This document shows, piece by piece, positions 1 through 9,114 of a stretch of DNA of 64,000 bases. Under the pieces are notes generated by a model. It was given only the letters and a program-made list of their open reading frames with translations. It was not told the origin of the DNA and searched no databases. This stretch comes from a virus. The stretch's first letter is position 1. The number at the start of each line of letters is the position of its first letter. The translations under genes and the position numbers were made by a program. Location of the stretch: positions 64,001 through 128,000 of the IMG/VR virus record IMGVR_UViG_3300042564_004498. One strand, written 5' to 3'.

Positions 1-88
1 AGTTACAGCCATTACCGTAATGCTCAGGACTATAATGAAAATATACCCCTAAATCTTCTAATTTCTTGTATTCATCTAAGTTTGTCAT
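1..88 (-). CDS. hypothetical protein, partial (runs off left edge)
   Basis: ATG at 88 just after the stop of 100..495; open frame MTNLDEYKKLEDLGVYFHYSPEHYGNGCN to the edge. Confidence 0.5.
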   Translation of the reverse strand, partial: MTNLDEYKKLEDLGVYFHYSPEHYGNGCN

Positions 89-99
89 TTTTATTTCCT

Positions 100-495
100 T
101 TAATCTTCATCAGAAATGAAATCCGAAATTGATGGTTTACTATACCAATTTGAAATCAATCCATTTTCACCAATATGTAAATCAATGTAATCACCGTATT
201 TGCCAGGAAGTAATGCGTTAGGCACATAATCTTCCTCAATTGACAATATAGTATTCCCTTCTGAATCTAAAAGAAAGTATGAACCTTCATCACAAACTTT
301 CATACTCAGATGACCTGTTTCACCTTTAGGCCAATCTATTACTCTACCTTCATCAATGTTAATAACTGCGGACCACATATCACCTTTTCTTAATGGAAAA
401 TTGTTAGGTATGTCTTCTTCATCATACCTTACCGCAACATCAACTTTTACCATTGTAATTTCAACTTCTTTCTCTACTTTAATTTTTACTTTCAT
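100..495 (-). CDS. hypothetical phage protein
   Basis: 131 aa ORF in a tightly packed minus-strand run. Confidence 0.75.
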   Translation of the reverse strand: MKVKIKVEKEVEITMVKVDVAVRYDEEDIPNNFPLRKGDMWSAVINIDEGRVIDWPKGETGHLSMKVCDEGSYFLLDSEGNTILSIEEDYVPNALLPGKYGDYIDLHIGENGLISNWYSKPSISDFISDED

Positions 496-500
496 TTTGA

Positions 501-632
501 TTATTTCTTTTTAACTTTTGGTGTTAATTCTGTTAATGGTTTCCCACATTTAATACATTTCGCAATTTTATCCGTGTCCCAAACCTCATCCATCTTAAAT
601 GTGTGATTACATTCCGATTCTTGTTTCTCCAT
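501..632 (-). CDS. small Cys/His protein (43 aa)
   Basis: Read manually: MEKQESECNHTF..AKCIKCGKPL..; fills the gap between neighbours. Confidence 0.55.
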   Translation of the reverse strand: MEKQESECNHTFKMDEVWDTDKIAKCIKCGKPLTELTPKVKKK

Positions 633-635
633 CTA

Positions 636-1136
636 TTATGATTTTAATATTCGTATCGCTCTGTTGGCACATTCATTTGTTAATCCATAACCTATGTCCA
701 CACAATCAGGGTGATTAATATTATTGGCGGTTCTAACAAAATTCCCTCTTTGGTGTTGTAAGAAATCATTATCATCATCAAAGATAACATATTTTTCCAC
801 TTCAGGATGTTCATCCAACCAATATTCAACTTCGTGACCTCTTTCAATTTGGTCTAAAAATACAAATGAACCTTCGTTAAATAAGTCATTACAATCCGGT
901 GTGATATCAATAACCTCACCAGGTAACCCTCTAAACTCCCACATATCTTTCATTCTCTGTAATCCGCCAAATCTCCAAGTTGAGGATATCACAATTTTTG
1001 CACCTGTTTCTTCGATAACTCTTTTAAGATTATCAACTAAATGTTGATGGAAGGTACCACCATATTCGTCGTGACCTTGAGAATACACATTCAACACTCC
1101 ATCTATATCTAAAAATATAACCTTAATCTTTTCCAT
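636..1136 (-). CDS. HAD-superfamily phosphatase (Swiss-Army-knife RNA-repair-like HAD)
   Basis: FLDIDGVLN motif I, ISSTWR motif II, IFDDD motif IV. Confidence 0.85.
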   Translation of the reverse strand: MEKIKVIFLDIDGVLNVYSQGHDEYGGTFHQHLVDNLKRVIEETGAKIVISSTWRFGGLQRMKDMWEFRGLPGEVIDITPDCNDLFNEGSFVFLDQIERGHEVEYWLDEHPEVEKYVIFDDDNDFLQHQRGNFVRTANNINHPDCVDIGYGLTNECANRAIRILKS

Positions 1137-1419
1137 CTTTTTTAAACTTTAAATATTGTTTATTATGTTCTTCTTCTAATTGGTTAGGAGCAAACTCTTC
1201 CCAATGTTCTACAATTCTTTGAGCACATACTTTGTGTAATTCTTCTAAAAATGCCACACAGTGATGGTCTTCTAAAGCATCAATATATTGATTGGCTTGT
1301 TCTTCGTAGTTTGGTATACTCCATGTTTCACTTGATATAACAGCCTCTTCTAATGTTACATTTATCTCATGTAAAAACACATGAACATATGTACTATTTC
1401 CTAATCTAATTGATTTCAT
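1123..1419 (-). CDS. hypothetical protein
   Basis: 98 aa ORF overlapping the next gene. Confidence 0.65.
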   Translation of the reverse strand: MKSIRLGNSTYVHVFLHEINVTLEEAVISSETWSIPNYEEQANQYIDALEDHHCVAFLEELHKVCAQRIVEHWEEFAPNQLEEEHNKQYLKFKKDGKD

Positions 1420-1546
1420 TTTTCTTCTTTGGTATTTCGTAATTTTCTTCTAACCACTCAAATAATTCGTTGGGTAATATACATGGGTAAAAATCTATAA
1501 AATCAAATAAGATTTCTTCCTAATCGTTTTCATTATTTTCTTCCAT
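1406..1546 (-). pseudogene. small ORF interrupted by an in-frame TAG
   Basis: MEENNEND*EEILFDFIDFYPCILPNELFEWLEENYEIPKKKNEIN*; TAG at 1520-1522; fills the gap between neighbours. Confidence 0.45.
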
Positions 1547-1558
1547 ACAATATGTTTC

Positions 1559-2065
1559 TTAATCTTTATTTAATTGTTCAATAATATATTGAATACCTTT
1601 TTCAGTTAATTTATAACCATCAGGAAATTCACCATGACCGTCACTTACCCTAAATAAATGAATAGGGTTGATTAAACTTAAACCTTTTAGAACTTTGTGT
1701 TGTCGAATCACTCTTTTAGCACCTTCTCTTTTCTCATCGTTGAAAATGTCCTCAATTTTAATTTCTTCTTTTGGATATTGAGCCATTGGTACTTCCATCA
1801 TTAAATCTTCTTTTTCAACTAAATAAGGTCTAGCATGCCATATACATTTTGAGTGGTTTTGACCTGAATTATTTGGGTCAACTTCTCTTCCCATAGGATT
1901 AACCAATACTTCAGTAAACTCAACCTCATCTCCATCATAAACCGCAACACCACTAATCCAAACATAATCAGTCATTGTAACAAAATTTGAATGCAATGGT
2001 AACGCTCCTAAAATATCGTACTGAATGAACCAACTACCGTAAAGTTTTACTAATTTACCTTTCAT
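1559..2065 (-). CDS. hypothetical protein
   Basis: 168 aa ORF. Confidence 0.7.
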   Translation of the reverse strand: MKGKLVKLYGSWFIQYDILGALPLHSNFVTMTDYVWISGVAVYDGDEVEFTEVLVNPMGREVDPNNSGQNHSKCIWHARPYLVEKEDLMMEVPMAQYPKEEIKIEDIFNDEKREGAKRVIRQHKVLKGLSLINPIHLFRVSDGHGEFPDGYKLTEKGIQYIIEQLNKD

Positions 2066-2068
2066 AAT

Positions 2069-2278
2069 CTATTTGTTTTTTAATTGTTCAAACCAATTTT
2101 TTACGTCACTTGGAAGTACATAAGGACACCTAATTAATAATTTTAATACTTCTTCCTTACTATAACTTCTTTCTTGTTGAGAAAATAAACTTGGTAGTAT
2201 TTCATTAACTAATATTTCAACATCAATTGAGTTACCTTTATTGTAACCCCACTTTGCTAGTTCTGTTATAAAGTCCAT
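2069..2278 (-). CDS. hypothetical protein
   Basis: 69 aa ORF with 3-nt spacing to neighbours. Confidence 0.65.
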   Translation of the reverse strand: MDFITELAKWGYNKGNSIDVEILVNEILPSLFSQQERSYSKEEVLKLLIRCPYVLPSDVKNWFEQLKNK

Positions 2279-2281
2279 ATC

Positions 2282-2515
2282 TTATTTCTTTTTAAATTTA
2301 AAAATCTTGTCTAATCCGACCCCTAAATAAATAAGAATAAGATATGCAGGAGGAGACAAAATCAAAGAAGTAAGAAGTACAACTGGAGATACAGGTGTAA
2401 ATTGATGCCCCGTAATACTATATGATATCAAATCAATAATAGTTATTATTAATCCTAAAATTAATGTACCCATGAAACCGATTGCCGTAATTATTGTTGC
2501 GATTCTTTCAAACAT
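2282..2515 (-). CDS. small two-TM membrane protein
   Basis: Two hydrophobic stretches; TATCTTTG promoter on the minus strand at about 2537-2544. Confidence 0.65.
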   Translation of the reverse strand: MFERIATIITAIGFMGTLILGLIITIIDLISYSITGHQFTPVSPVVLLTSLILSPPAYLILIYLGVGLDKIFKFKKK

Positions 2516-2576
2516 AACTCATCTTTTTATTAAGTACAAAGATAACATTATTATTTGTCCTAACCAAATATTTTAT

Positions 2577-2584
2577 TATCTTTG
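2577..2584 (+). promoter_or_regulatory. Bacteroidota-type -7 element TAnnTTTG (representative copy)
   Basis: TATCTTTG preceded by TTTG about 20 nt upstream. Also at 3669 and 5530 (+), and on the minus strand near 13770, 15190, 18227, 19262, 19397, 19535, 19842, 33800, 46708, 47242, 54380 and 54918, always upstream of starts. Confidence 0.8.
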
Positions 2585-2588
2585 TCGT

Positions 2589-3092
2589 ATGATATTAGAC
2601 CTTACAAAATACAGCATTGAAGACCTTGTTTCTTTAAAAAATGAAATCAACAATCATTTACACTTTTATGTGGATGGATATCTTTATATTTGTAATGTTC
2701 GTTCATATGGACGACAATGGAAACAGAATGTTAATAACTTACATTCCCTTCAAGAACTTTGTAACCAATACGATGGTTATGATGGTATTGTGGATATCTA
2801 TTCCACAAACCCAAACCTTTCTGAGATTGAGAACTACGGCAATGTAATGTACATTGTCTCTGAGGAAGATTATGAGAAATGGAAACAATATGATTATCTT
2901 ACCTCCACAGTTAGTGATATCAATCATAAGTTGGATGTATGGGAAAGCCGTGAACAAATGTCATTCCGAGACCGACCGACCTTTGCTCCGTATTATAATC
3001 GTGAGGAACTTGCAGGTCTTAAGAAAGAGATTGTTGAATATGATATGTCTTTTGTTGCTCCTGTTAGTGTAAAGAGAGTATATGAGGAGTAA
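2589..3092 (+). CDS. hypothetical protein
   Basis: Start reassigned to ATG 2589 (MILDLTK), 4 nt after TATCTTTG. Confidence 0.7.
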   Translation: MILDLTKYSIEDLVSLKNEINNHLHFYVDGYLYICNVRSYGRQWKQNVNNLHSLQELCNQYDGYDGIVDIYSTNPNLSEIENYGNVMYIVSEEDYEKWKQYDYLTSTVSDINHKLDVWESREQMSFRDRPTFAPYYNREELAGLKKEIVEYDMSFVAPVSVKRVYEE

Positions 3093-3097
3093 AAAAG

Positions 3098-3147
3098 ATT
3101 ATTACCAAAATGTGTAATAATCTCCATTATTACCAAAATGTGTAATA
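3098..3147. repeat. 22-nt direct repeat x2 with internal palindrome
   Basis: ATTATTACCAAAATGTGTAATA at 3098 and 3126; TATTAC..GTAATA inverted arms. Confidence 0.85.
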
Positions 3148-3222
3148 CCTCATCAAAAACTAATTTTTACACAACACTTTATTATAACTTTCACACAAAA
3201 CAATATTACCTTTCATGGTAAG

Positions 3223-3248
3223 ATAAACCTCATAATTTGGGGTTTATC
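3223..3248. terminator. hairpin between convergent genes
   Basis: GATAAACCTCA-taat-TTGGGGTTTATC. Confidence 0.5.
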
Positions 3249-3618
3249 TTGTGATGATTGGTAATGTATTATCACAGTTTTTTACTTTTTTAACATAAAT
3301 GTCTGTTGGTTCCCCGACATAACTATAAACTAATTGCCAAATCTCATCAATTATATCATCATACATTTTACGGTCAGCTTGTGTCACAGGAAAATATTTG
3401 GTCCCATGGCCACCAATAACTTTAACATCTATTCTGTAATGTGAGAATCCAAATTCTTGATTTGATGCCAATTCCCTGTTGTGTGGTGCAATAACTTTCA
3501 CACCACAAACAATTCCATCATGTGAGGGTAAAAAATTTGTTTCCAATAACTTGGTTATCATTGGAGATAAATCTTTCTCTGTTTCTTCTTTTATTATTCG
3601 TCTAATAAGTTCTCTCAT
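3244..3618 (-). CDS. hypothetical protein with N-terminal 'LIRRIIKEE' tag
   Basis: 124 aa; TATTTAT 5 nt upstream of ATG. Confidence 0.75.
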   Translation of the reverse strand: MRELIRRIIKEETEKDLSPMITKLLETNFLPSHDGIVCGVKVIAPHNRELASNQEFGFSHYRIDVKVIGGHGTKYFPVTQADRKMYDDIIDEIWQLVYSYVGEPTDIYVKKVKNCDNTLPIITR

Positions 3619-3681
3619 CCATTATAAATACCTTAACGCACCTATTTGTCAAATTGATTTTAATTATCTATCTTTGTAAAT

Positions 3682-4065
3682 ATGACCTCAGAGCTCCTGA
3701 TATTAAATAAATACATGAAGAAACTATTTCCATTTATTTTGGAAGTGGATAGTGTTTATGTTGGTGAGGAACTATATGACCCGTATACATTTAGCCCCAC
3801 AATTAACCATAGTAGTAGTGGTACCTCCCGAAGAGATAAAAACTTATTAAAAATTAACATTTATGTTTCCCCTCTCCATTTCTGTGAACTTATGGATGAT
3901 AGGGTTGAGAAGAAGATTGTTAACCACATAATTGATAATTGTTCTTCTTTACTTAAATCAGTTGTTACTTCTTGGGATGGTAATAAACCACGAATCTTAT
4001 TCTTCCCATCTGTGGGTGAAAAATCAACTATTCTTGAGGGTTTAGAATGGATAGAACAAAATTGA
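3682..4065 (+). CDS. hypothetical protein
   Basis: 127 aa; TATCTTTG 5 nt upstream. Confidence 0.7.
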   Translation: MTSELLILNKYMKKLFPFILEVDSVYVGEELYDPYTFSPTINHSSSGTSRRDKNLLKINIYVSPLHFCELMDDRVEKKIVNHIIDNCSSLLKSVVTSWDGNKPRILFFPSVGEKSTILEGLEWIEQN

Positions 4066-4079
4066 ATCAACCAACTAAC

Positions 4080-4086
4080 TATTTAT
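4080..4086 (+). promoter_or_regulatory. TATTTAT motif, putative phage-specific (late) promoter (representative copy)
   Basis: TATTTAT 4-5 nt before the ATG at 4091, 5837, 15533, 20021, 29352, 36521 (+) and 3618, 11346, 57839 (-); 12-16 nt before 23222, 28439, 35533, 41319. Confidence 0.65.
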
Positions 4087-4090
4087 TATT

Positions 4091-4792
4091 ATGATAAAAG
4101 ACAAATTAACTATTGTAATTCCTGCAAAAAATGAAGCCGATGTAATTGATATTACTTTATCTCATCTTAACAACCAATACGGTATTAAAGGTACTCGTGT
4201 AATCGTTGCAGATTGTTCTGACGATATGACTGTAAACATTGTATTATCAGGAAAGTATAAAAACTTAAACCTTGAAGTTATTGATGGTGGTCTTCCAAGT
4301 GTTGCAAGAAATAATGGAGCTAAACTAGTTAAAACCGATTATGTTTTGTTTTTGGACGCCGACATATTCTTAACTGATAGACACACAATCTATGAAACAC
4401 TTAGAATTACTCAAAACAATCGTCTTCATTTAGTTACAACCAAATTTAGAGTTAAAGGGGTATACTCATTCATTTTTCCTGTGTTTGAATTTTTTAGAAA
4501 CTTAATCGCGTCAAAAGCGCCATGTGCTATTGGAGGTTATATGTTGTTTAAACTATCAGAATTTAATAAAGTTGGTGGATTTGTTAATGAAGATAAATTT
4601 GGTGAGGATTTCCATCTTAGTATGAAGATAGACCCTCGTCGTTTCTCAGTTGCTCCACATAAAATATACACAACCGATAGAAGATTCAGAAATAAAGGAT
4701 TGTTGTATATGATGAAGATGGCATTCTTAGGTTACATAAACAGAAATAACGATAACTTCTTTAGAAATGACCACAACTACTGGAAAATATAA
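4091..4792 (+). CDS. glycosyltransferase family 2
   Basis: IVIPAKNE, VAD.SDD, ARNNGA, FLDAD (DxD), GED motifs. Confidence 0.9.
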   Translation: MIKDKLTIVIPAKNEADVIDITLSHLNNQYGIKGTRVIVADCSDDMTVNIVLSGKYKNLNLEVIDGGLPSVARNNGAKLVKTDYVLFLDADIFLTDRHTIYETLRITQNNRLHLVTTKFRVKGVYSFIFPVFEFFRNLIASKAPCAIGGYMLFKLSEFNKVGGFVNEDKFGEDFHLSMKIDPRRFSVAPHKIYTTDRRFRNKGLLYMMKMAFLGYINRNNDNFFRNDHNYWKI

Positions 4793-5510
4793 ATGTGTAA
4801 TCCTTTCCGATTTACATTTGGGAATGGCAGATTGTAAACCTAAAAAGATTCTTAAGTTCCTTGAATCCATAAAGACAGAGACGTTAATCCTGAATGGTGA
4901 TATAATTGATATCGACGCTCTTCGTCGTGGTTCCAAGTGGAAAGGTAAACACATGAAAGTTGTTATCAAACTATTGGAGATGTCCAAAGATACAGAGATT
5001 ATCTATATCAGAGGGAATCATGATAATGATGTTAAGGATTTATACCATACATTTCTTGGTAATATTAAATTTGTGGAAGATTATATCTATACCGTTAACG
5101 ATAAAAAGTATTTTATATTTCATGGTGATAGGATAGATGTTACAACCAAATATAAATTACTTACTCAAATTGGTTCCATAGGTTATGACTTCGCCCTTAG
5201 ACTTAATACTTGGTATAACAAATACCGAGAACTCACAGGAAAACCATACTACAGTATCTCTAAAATCATTAAAGAAAACTTTAAGAAAGCATTATCGTTC
5301 ATTAATGACTTTGAAGTTAATGCTTGTGATTACGCTAAAACCCTTAATTGTGATGGCGTAATCTGTGGACACATCCATATCCCATCTGTTAAAGTGATTA
5401 ACGGTATTGAATATTACAACTCAGGTGATTGGGTTGAGAACTTCTCCGCACTTGTTTTAACAAAAAATAATAAGTGGGAATTAAAGGTTTTTGAGTACCC
5501 AAATTCATAG
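4767..5510 (+). CDS. calcineurin-like metallophosphoesterase (UDP-2,3-diacylglucosamine hydrolase-like)
   Basis: SDLHLG, GDIID, GNHD, HGD, CGHIH, NSGDWVE motifs. Confidence 0.9.
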   Translation: MTTTTGKYKCVILSDLHLGMADCKPKKILKFLESIKTETLILNGDIIDIDALRRGSKWKGKHMKVVIKLLEMSKDTEIIYIRGNHDNDVKDLYHTFLGNIKFVEDYIYTVNDKKYFIFHGDRIDVTTKYKLLTQIGSIGYDFALRLNTWYNKYRELTGKPYYSISKIIKENFKKALSFINDFEVNACDYAKTLNCDGVICGHIHIPSVKVINGIEYYNSGDWVENFSALVLTKNNKWELKVFEYPNS

Positions 5511-5542
5511 ATAATTTATTCTATTATCGTATCTTTGTATCT

Positions 5543-5806
5543 ATGACAACAATAGAAAAACACGTAGTTAAATTCATTGAGGATAAATTCGCATTCCCAT
5601 ACCTTTATTACGATAAAGTGGAACAAACATGGGCAAATGAATTCTTTTTATTCGATATTAAATCAGGTACAATGTATGTTAGTGATGAGGTTAAAGACTC
5701 CTTGTATAAAAAATATGGTAAAGGATATATTTCTCAGGTTCTCCTTAAAGTCGTTGACGCTTGGTTCTTCAAAACTTATAAATTGACAGTTAATACAATT
5801 GAATAG
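5543..5806 (+). CDS. hypothetical protein related to the downstream paralog array (no N-terminal tag)
   Basis: C-terminal WFFKTYKLTV motif; host-type promoter upstream. Confidence 0.7.
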   Translation: MTTIEKHVVKFIEDKFAFPYLYYDKVEQTWANEFFLFDIKSGTMYVSDEVKDSLYKKYGKGYISQVLLKVVDAWFFKTYKLTVNTIE

Positions 5807-5836
5807 ATTAGTTGTATTACATTATATTTATAAAAT

Positions 5837-6115
5837 ATGAATAAGTACATTATAACTGAACAGCAGAATGACAAATTGATGGAATTGATGAAAAAATTTG
5901 CCAATCAATATATTGAAGAACGAGTAATTCAAACTGATGTTGAAATTGAATATTCAAATGAAAAAGGTGCTTATATTCTATATCCTGTTTTTTATGTTAA
6001 AAATAAAGAAAATTTCCCACATCATATTTATAAACATATTTTAGCACAACGAGTTGAAGATATGTTTGGTGTTCCTGTTCATTCCTCATCCGCACGAGTT
6101 AAAGTAATTGATTAA
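5837..6115 (+). CDS. MKYIITE-family protein
   Basis: MNKYIITEQQ; C-terminal EDMFGVPV. Confidence 0.8.
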   Translation: MNKYIITEQQNDKLMELMKKFANQYIEERVIQTDVEIEYSNEKGAYILYPVFYVKNKENFPHHIYKHILAQRVEDMFGVPVHSSSARVKVID

Positions 6116-6120
6116 AACAT

Positions 6121-6999
6121 ATGAGATATATTATAACTGAATCACAATATCAAAAATTACAAGAACAACGAGTTAAAGGTGAAGAAATTACACCAGGAAA
6201 ATATGTTGTTCATACTTCTAACCCTTTAAATAGAGATAACATTTCTACCACAGGTCTTCAAGTATCTTTGGGTGAATGTTATTTAATTTATGCCGATAGT
6301 AATTACGGTGAAGATGAAGAATGTGTTCCCGCAGTATTTGCCACAAATAGTATAAAGAAAAAAGATATGTTTGATTCAACATATGATGATGACATATGGA
6401 TTATTGATACAGAAATCGCGGGAGTCCAATGGTATAAAGACGCTCATTTTGAGGGTGGTGATACTAAACATATTGTTACCTTTGAAGATATCCCTGTCGA
6501 AGCAATTAAATTAGTTCAGGAAGGAACAGGTGGAGACACTTGGAATCACCATAATGATGAAACTGAGTTAACATTAACAGAAATGATTAAGTTAGATATC
6601 AAAGTTGGTGACACTCTAATGGGCGGAAAATTTAAGAATAAAAAAATTGTTGTTAAGACAATAGATAAGAATGATAAAGGTGATATAACAATCAATGGTA
6701 AACCTCTTTTAAGATTTAGGATATTAAAAGAAGATAAGTATCGATTACTTAGAAGAGAAGGTGATATGAAACATAGAATTGATAATCAACTTATGATGTC
6801 TAAACTTCAAAATGATTTATATTTTGTACCGTTAGAACATTTAATTTTACACATTGCAGATAATGTAGCAATTGAGATGTCTAACGAATCTAACTTAGGT
6901 GATGATGAGTATATCACATTCAGGAATCAAATAAAACAATATATTCGTAATAACTTTTATGAACATATTAAAAAGTTTTGGGAATCAAATCAATTATGA
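6121..6999 (+). CDS. MKYIITE-family multidomain protein with ART/Tpt1-like domain
   Basis: MRYIITESQY; VHTS..I..TGL..AVFAT..IPVEAIKLV pattern. Confidence 0.7.
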   Translation: MRYIITESQYQKLQEQRVKGEEITPGKYVVHTSNPLNRDNISTTGLQVSLGECYLIYADSNYGEDEECVPAVFATNSIKKKDMFDSTYDDDIWIIDTEIAGVQWYKDAHFEGGDTKHIVTFEDIPVEAIKLVQEGTGGDTWNHHNDETELTLTEMIKLDIKVGDTLMGGKFKNKKIVVKTIDKNDKGDITINGKPLLRFRILKEDKYRLLRREGDMKHRIDNQLMMSKLQNDLYFVPLEHLILHIADNVAIEMSNESNLGDDEYITFRNQIKQYIRNNFYEHIKKFWESNQL

Positions 7000-7370
7000 A
7001 ATACGTAATACCTGAAAACAGGATGAAAAATCTTGTTATAAATTATTTGGATAGTATTGATTGGAGGATTTTAGAATCAACCGATGAATCATATCCTCTT
7101 GAGGTATATGAACATACTACGGATAAAGGTCCAACATTTATAGTAAATTGTTTTAAATATAAGTTTGGAGAAACCTGTAATTTACTAATTAGTTCACTTT
7201 TTCACAAAAAGTTAATAAGTCTGTTTGGTAAAGAGACTGTTAGTGGCGGTGAAGATGGTGAACCAAATGTTTTAATTATGGATTGGTTTAACGAATACTT
7301 TAAAACTAATGTTCACGATTATCGATATGTAGATAGCGATAACTACGCAATAAATAATGATGAATATTAG
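6996..7370 (+). CDS. MKYIITE-family protein
   Basis: Start reassigned to MKYVIPENRM (ATGA overlap); DWFNEYF..V. Confidence 0.8.
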   Translation: MKYVIPENRMKNLVINYLDSIDWRILESTDESYPLEVYEHTTDKGPTFIVNCFKYKFGETCNLLISSLFHKKLISLFGKETVSGGEDGEPNVLIMDWFNEYFKTNVHDYRYVDSDNYAINNDEY

Positions 7371-7371
7371 T

Positions 7372-7683
7372 ATGAAATATATTATAACAGAAAGTAGATT
7401 GAATGGTATCGCCAATACATGGTTGGATGATAGATATGGCGATTTACGAAAGCGTAAATTCCAAGGTTACCCAAATGATGAGTTTTTATCAACAAATGAG
7501 GGAATGTTCTTCATGAATTATCATAAAAACACTAAAATCATTGAGGTTAAACATAAAATCTCCGATGAACTTGAGGATATGTTTGGTTTTGACCAACAAA
7601 TGTCTCGTGAAATACTGATACCTTGGGTAGAAAATAAGTATGGTTACAAAATTAAACGAATGGTATTTCATACTGATGTGTAA
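7372..7683 (+). CDS. MKYIITE-family protein
   Basis: MKYIITESRL; WVENKYGYKI. Confidence 0.8.
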   Translation: MKYIITESRLNGIANTWLDDRYGDLRKRKFQGYPNDEFLSTNEGMFFMNYHKNTKIIEVKHKISDELEDMFGFDQQMSREILIPWVENKYGYKIKRMVFHTDV

Positions 7684-7686
7684 ATT

Positions 7687-8079
7687 ATGAAATACATTAT
7701 AACAGAAAGTAGATTGGAGAAAGCAATCATAGAATATTTGGATAAAGAATTTATTCCTGATTACGGATGGTATGAAAATGGCCGGAAAGCTGGCACTTAC
7801 CAAGATGATGTTGATAAATGGGGCGACCTTGTTTTTTTCATAGATGATGTTGATTCTTACATTTATTTTGGCTGTAATGCAAACAATGGTCCAGAAGATG
7901 AATTCTTCGCGGATTACGGTCATTTACATAATTATGAATGTCCTTTATTACTAGTATATCCTGCAGTTAGTCAACAATTGAGTAACTATTTTGGCGATAT
8001 GTGGAAACCCATATTTAAAAAATGGTTTGAAGAAAACACAGGATTAACTGTAAACCAAATAACTGACGATTACATTTAA
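7687..8079 (+). CDS. MKYIITE-family protein
   Basis: MKYIITESRL; KWFEENTGLTV. Confidence 0.8.
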   Translation: MKYIITESRLEKAIIEYLDKEFIPDYGWYENGRKAGTYQDDVDKWGDLVFFIDDVDSYIYFGCNANNGPEDEFFADYGHLHNYECPLLLVYPAVSQQLSNYFGDMWKPIFKKWFEENTGLTVNQITDDYI

Positions 8080-8080
8080 A

Positions 8081-8716
8081 ATGAAATATATTATAACCGA
8101 AAATAGAATTAATAATTTAATTGAGAGATTTATTCTTGAGAGATACCCTATGGTTAAAAGGGTTACATTCTCAACAATGGCCAAAGGTTATACTTGGGGT
8201 TATAACAATGATAAAGTCACATCTGAAGAGAATCCAATTCATAAAAATGTAATTACTGTTGAACTTATTAGTGGTAAATTAACACATAGTCCAAGTTATA
8301 CCTTAAAAAAAATTAAAAATAATATCAATCCTATGTTTGGTCTTGATATTGGTAAACAAGATTCAGATTGGGGAATTGATTATAAAAATGTTCTTGATGA
8401 GTCAATAACATTGAAACAAATTATAAAAGAGAACAAACTAAATGATTTTATGACCCAATATTTGGATAGTTGGTTGTCAACAAAACACTCATATGATTTT
8501 GACCAATTCATTATAATTGAAGATACAATTGAAACTCATGGTGGAAGCTCTGGTATTATTATGGAACATGATAATGAAGATGGTAGATTATGGTTTGATA
8601 CAGATTTCAGAAAGAACCTTATAGATTTATTTAATAAAAGTGCAGAAGAAATTAATCACTTTATTAAAGAATGGTTTGAACATAAATTTGGTGTTGAAGT
8701 AAAATATGTTGACTAA
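8081..8716 (+). CDS. MKYIITE-family protein, two fused modules
   Basis: MKYIITENRI plus internal LKQIIKENKL; WFEHKFGVEV. Confidence 0.8.
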   Translation: MKYIITENRINNLIERFILERYPMVKRVTFSTMAKGYTWGYNNDKVTSEENPIHKNVITVELISGKLTHSPSYTLKKIKNNINPMFGLDIGKQDSDWGIDYKNVLDESITLKQIIKENKLNDFMTQYLDSWLSTKHSYDFDQFIIIEDTIETHGGSSGIIMEHDNEDGRLWFDTDFRKNLIDLFNKSAEEINHFIKEWFEHKFGVEVKYVD

Positions 8717-9112
8717 ATGAAAGTATTAATTAAAGAAAATAAATTATTCAATCCAATATATCAATATATTGATGATACCTACGATTTATCAACAATTGAT
8801 TATTTTCATCCAACCACTTGGAATGATGATGAACATGATGACAGGGAAAATCCATACATACGAGAGTATTTTTATAAGGATTATATTGGGGATTACGATG
8901 AAAATGGAATTGCTTTCATCTATATTGAAAAAGAATACTATAACGATAGTCCTTCCGACAGTAGTTGGAAAAGTAATGCCCCTACATTAATTGTTGGTGG
9001 TCACGAATATCAACTATTTAGTAGTATGTTTGGTAGTTATTGGAAAGAACCAATGAGAAAATGGTTTGAAGACAAATTTGGATTACCTGTTAAAACAATA
9101 ACGATAGATTAA
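8717..9112 (+). CDS. MKYIITE-family protein
   Basis: MKVLIKENKL; WFEDKFGLPVKTI. Confidence 0.8.
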   Translation: MKVLIKENKLFNPIYQYIDDTYDLSTIDYFHPTTWNDDEHDDRENPYIREYFYKDYIGDYDENGIAFIYIEKEYYNDSPSDSSWKSNAPTLIVGGHEYQLFSSMFGSYWKEPMRKWFEDKFGLPVKTITID

Positions 9113-9114
9113 TC

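Noticed and set aside
3098-3147. CRISPR mini-array
   Set aside because: Only two repeats with a 6-nt spacer and no cas genes; the PD-(D/E)XK nuclease sits in a replication context
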